Shown piece after piece: positions 59,450-64,000 of a stretch of DNA of 64,000 nt. The notes under the pieces are model-generated. The model saw nothing but the letters and a program-made list of their open reading frames with translations, had not been told where the DNA came from and did not search any database. Source of the DNA: Octopus sinensis (lineage: Eukaryota); NCBI RefSeq assembly GCF_006345805.1, contig NC_043014.1:53258001-53322000 (forward strand). The letters are read 5' to 3'. Position numbers and translations under genes: made by a program. Position 1 is the stretch's first letter; each line of letters opens with the position of its first letter.

Positions 59450-60750
59450 TGTTGTCATTCACATTGTTCACATTAGTCCTCTGGGCAATAACAGAGGAAT
59501 TCAAGACAGGCTGCCCCTGGGAAATCCTCTATGCTGGTGACCTTGCTCTCATAGCTGACTCATTACCAGAACTAGAGAAGATTCAGGTGTGGAAGTAAGG
59601 TCTAGAATCAAAGGGCCTTAGAGTTAATCTAGCAAAAATCAGTCTTAGTAAGTAGGAAGGCAGACAAGTCACAAATCCCTTCAGGTAGATGGCCCCGTTC
59701 AATCTGTAGAAAAATGTAGAGAAAATAGATTCCATCACGTGCTAAGGGGAAAACTAGGAGTGGTTGATAGCTCCCATTACCTAGGTGACTATGTCAGTAG
59801 CAGGGGTGGATGCTCCGAGAGTGTAGCTGCTAGAATACGAATAGGCTGGGCAAAGTTCAGAGAGCTCCTATCTCTGCTGATAACAAAGGGTCTCTTGCTC
59901 AGAGTGGAAGGCAGACACAGCAGTGAAACATGGGCTGTGAATGCTGAGGACATGGATAGGCTCATAAGAAATGAAGCTAGTATGCTTCACTGGATGCACA
60001 ACAGAGTGTAAATGTCTTCATAGAAAAGTTGGGCATTAGAGGCTTCAGATGTGGTGTGCAAGAAAGACAACTGCACCAGTATGGTCATGTGATGCATATG
60101 GATGAGGACAGCTGTGTGGAGAAGTGTCATGTCCTAACAATGGAGGGAACCTGTGGACGAGGTAGACCCAGGAAGACATGGGACAAAGTGGTGAAGCAAT
60201 GACAAGGGACCGAGACCTTTAGTGATATACCATACTTGAGAAGACTCATCCAGCCAAGTGAGATCGTATCATGGCCGGTACCAGTGTCGCTTAACTGGCC
60301 CGTTAAAAGCACCCTTCAAACGTTGGGCAATATGCTGTGCTCGTGAAGACCTGTCGAGCCAAGGGAACTCATAGCCATGGCTGATACCAGTGCCATCTAA
60401 CTAGCACCTGTGCCAGCAGCACATAGAAAGGACCACACCTGAATCTTCTCTCGTTCTGGTAGTGATTCAGCTATGAGGCAGTGGCAGGTGACCAACACCT
60501 TTGTAGACCTGTCAAGCCAAGTGAGACTGTAGTTGTGGTCAATGGTGCATGAAAAACACCCACTACACTCTCCGAGTGGTCTGTGTTAGGAAAGGCATCC
60601 AGCTGTAGAAAGCCTGCCGAATCAGATCGGAACCTGGTGCAGCTCCCTGGCTTGCCAGTTTTCAGTCAAACAGTCCAACCCATGCTAGCATGGAAAATAG
60701 ACGTTAAATGATGACAACGATGATGATGGTGATGATGATGATAAGGATGA
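59450..60750 (+). mobile_element. RTE-clade LINE, 5'-truncated: RT C-terminus, 3' UTR and (GAT)n tail
   Basis: PWEILYAGDL, GLRVNLAK, YLGD, ARIRIGWAKFREL, SETWA, GRGRPRKTW; continues into the family E sequence and (GAT)n. Confidence 0.88.
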
Positions 60751-61330
60751 TGGTGTTGATATAAATAGGTGATAGGGAAAGTAAAAGCAATAGTGTGTAT
60801 GGTTATGATGATGGTTGATATCATCACATTAGAAGTTGTTGTTGTTGTTGGTGGTGGTGGTGGTGGAGGGATTTGAGGATAGAGTTTGTACTAGAGGGAG
60901 AGAGAGAGAGAGAGTCATGATGATGGTGATGATGATGATATTCTTTGAAGATAATAATGATGATTACTGTGCTGAGATGGGTGGGGGGTGGCATAACTCT
61001 GTTATTGGAGATGATGACTAGAATAGGGGATGGTTGATAATTGTGGTAGGAGAGATAACGAGAAGGAAGAGGAAGTGGAGGAGGGTTCAAACGGTGGTGG
61101 TGGTGGTGGTGATAATGCCATAGCTATACTAGTGATGGTTAGTGTGTTGATGATGATGATGGTGGTGGTGGTGGTGGTTATGATATTATTGAGGATCGTT
61201 ATATTGAAGTGGGGGAGAGGGGGTTGGATGTTGTAGTGAGTTGAGTAAAGATGGATGTAGTTGTGATTAGGGATGGCAGCCAAGGGAGGAGGGAAGATAG
61301 AAACAATGATGGTGATGATGGTGATGATGG

Positions 61331-61365
<35 letters not shown>

Positions 61366-62237
61366 GTGATGATGGTGATGATGGTGAGGTGAGATAATTC
61401 AGCAAGGATGTTCAGGGAGCGTATCCAAGTGTAACATTAACGTTTGATGATGATGATGATAATGATGGTGATGATGATGACGATAACGATGGTGGTGGTG
61501 GAAGGAAGTGGGTTGTAATGGTGTCAGCTAACAATTTTTTTAAGTTTGTAGATAGGAAACAGGTTCCTTCTCCCCCCCCAGCTCCCACCCCCTCCGTCTC
61601 TGCACCACCCCCACCCTCTGATGCAAATGGGGTGCGGGCATGAATGGGTGTGTGTGTGTATTTACATATGTACACAACCCACACGCATAAGACATAAGAC
61701 TAGGTGCATCCGCAATTCAACTGAAGGACTCAATACAAACGGTGTTGCTGTGCATAAAAGATTAATTCTATTATACGACAGAGTGTAAGTGTTGTTATCT
61801 CTGTATGTGGGGGAGGGTGAACAAGGAACAGAAGGGGGAGGAGGGAAGAAGAAGAAGAACGAGAAGAAGAAGAAGAAGGAGGAGGAGGAACAGTAAATGA
61901 GAGACAGCAGGAGGGAGAGAGGGAAAGAGGGAAAAAGACAGAAATTGAAAGAAATTTCATGAATTAAATAAACATGATGAAAGAGAGAATGAAGAAATAA
62001 ATGAAAGAATGAATGATTGAGAGAAAGAAGAAGAAGAAGAAGAAGGAAAAAGAAATGTCTTGCTTTCTTCTTTTCTTTCTTTTTGTTCTTTCTTTTTTTC
62101 AGTTTGTTATCAGAACTAAATAGAAATGGAGAAGAAAGTGTGAGATAAGAATGAGAGAAATAACGTTGTGGGAGAGGGTTCAGTGGTGGTGGTGGTGGTG
62201 ACGACGATGATGATGATGATGATGGTGGTGATGATGG

Positions 62238-62271
<34 letters not shown>

Positions 62272-62291
62272 GATGGTGGTGGTGGTGGTGA

Positions 62292-62325
<34 letters not shown>

Positions 62326-62530
62326 GGTGGTGGTGGTGGTGATGATGATGGTGGTGGTGGTGGTGATGATGATGGTGGTGATGATGGTGGTGATGACGAT
62401 GATGATGATGATGAGGAGGAGGAGGAGGAGGAGGAGGATGATGATGATGATGAGGAGGAGGAGGAGGAGGAGGATGATGATGAGGAGGAGGAGGAGGAGG
62501 AGGAGGAGGATGATGATGAGGAGGAGGATG
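60710..62530. repeat. Purine-rich compound trinucleotide region (GAT/GGT/GAG/GAA)
   Basis: Direct inspection; 62180-62530 is an almost pure (GGT)(GAT)(GAG) mosaic. Confidence 0.9.
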
Positions 62531-63134
62531 TAAAAAAAAACTAAGATAATATGTTCAATTACTCAAGAATTCACTCGGTGAAACTTCGAAAATAACTTGA
62601 GGTAGAGGGGCACCTGAAGAGGATTGCTTAATGAGGAAGCTGTGCTGCTGCTGCTGCTACTGTTGTTAAACCCTAGGTCAGCTGTCCTATTGGATCAGAC
62701 CTGTAATAATAAGTGTCCCAATTTCAATCCTCTTTCCATTTAGGAACTACTTTCACCAATGAATTGTCTATTCTTTTTTTAAAACAATAAGGTATGAGTT
62801 GAGGCAGATTTGGCTGCTATTTTTAGCAAGTCAACCGATCGCATAGAGCCTTTCATGTTGGCTCATTCTTACACCTTATGAGTCTCATGATTGGCAAACC
62901 TTAATCAGCACCTTCCACTTGTCGTGTGGTCTTTATATTCTTACCTGTGCAAGTGACGAACAGGTAAGGGAAACTAGATGTTCCATTAGTCTCACTTTGA
63001 TTTCATCACTGGATGACAGCCACAACACTGTCCTCACTGGTCAACTAGATGTGTTCCTGTTGCCAAGTGATTCAATCAGGGAGGGAAAATGGTTTTGGTG
63101 ATGGTGGTAGAATAAGGATGATGGGAGAATAAGG

Positions 63135-63597
63135 GAGTAACATTGACCTCCTGGAATCTGTCCAGAGACGTGCAACCAAATGCATACCCTCCATCAGACA
63201 CCTACCATATTCTGAGCGCCTTGTTTCCCTGGGCATGGATTCACTGAAGCTCCGGCGTCTGGCGACGGACTTGGTAAACACCCACAAAGTTATCAACCAC
63301 CTCACCAACAACAACACTGAACACCTTTTTGATCTCCATGTGTCTAACACACGTGGACATGCCTACAAAGTCAGACAACAACACAGCTCCCATGACTTTC
63401 GGAAACATTTTTTCACGCTCAGAGTTGCTGAAGCATGGAATAAACTGCCTGCGTCAGTTGTTGACTGCCATGACACTGTATCCTTTAAGGCCCTCATGCT
63501 TTCCGAAATCCGCCGAAACTACACCTGATTATATATACACTTTCGATGAGTTGTAGTGCACCTGAGCACTGTACACAATTATTATTATTATTATTAT
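63135..63597 (+). mobile_element. CR1-like LINE 3' fragment with (ATT)n tail
   Basis: LESVQRRATK..PYSERL..LG..RRL..DL..TRGH..FFTLRVAEAWNKLP. Confidence 0.88.
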
Positions 63598-64000
63598 AGG
63601 GAAATGAGAGTGTGCAAGGAAGGAGAGATCATGTGAAGAGGTGGTGGGGTGTGTGTGTGTGCGTTTAGCCAGGCCTACTCATCTAGTCAGCAGGGTAGCA
63701 TCATTTAAAAGCTAAAACGATGCAAAGTGCATTGTGACCAGTGATGTATAACAGTATCCAACAATCTGGTGGATCACATGATCTTGTGATCTTGACAAAG
63801 CATACCTTGTACACTGGATACATTGACATTGTCCTCGTCCAAGCCTCCTTCCATTATATTTCCTAATTGCCCATCGTCACATACAAACATCAACACATTT
63901 TACATTTTACATTTCCAAATCACTTTCTCTCTTCTACTTTACTTAATGCCACCGTTTAAACGAAATGGGAATTAATACGTTGGCCTCACTTCTATTATGG

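Overview
AT-rich, microsatellite-saturated animal genomic DNA. The repeat content is consistent with a coleoid cephalopod such as octopus (inference, not verified). One host gene is supported: a bestrophin (Ca2+-activated anion channel) on the minus strand. Six coding exons were reconstructed with canonical GT-AG sites and continuous phase (18068-18246, 6113-6247, 5370-5536, 3598-3752, 2377-2454, 744-896; 867 nt, residues 1-289). The gene continues past the left edge, and an acceptor at 18462-18463 implies at least one unlocated upstream exon. The rest is intron or intergenic DNA filled with decayed mobile elements: R4/Dong-like, Tx1/L1-like, CR1-like and RTE-like LINE fragments, two tRNA-head SINE families, Tc1/mariner relics, non-autonomous Helitron-type elements and Penelope-like remnants with minimal hammerhead motifs. 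There is a 100-N gap at 30340-30439. No rRNA, intact tRNA, CRISPR array or second protein-coding gene was supportable. Most ORF-track entries are microsatellite read-through. The best leads are hammerhead-like motifs inside bestrophin introns, a sharp CpG-depletion boundary near 43.6 kb, a Tx1 element split by a 2.1-kb microhomology-flanked insert, a set of (AAT)n-targeting elements, and unusual residues at the bestrophin cytosolic aperture.
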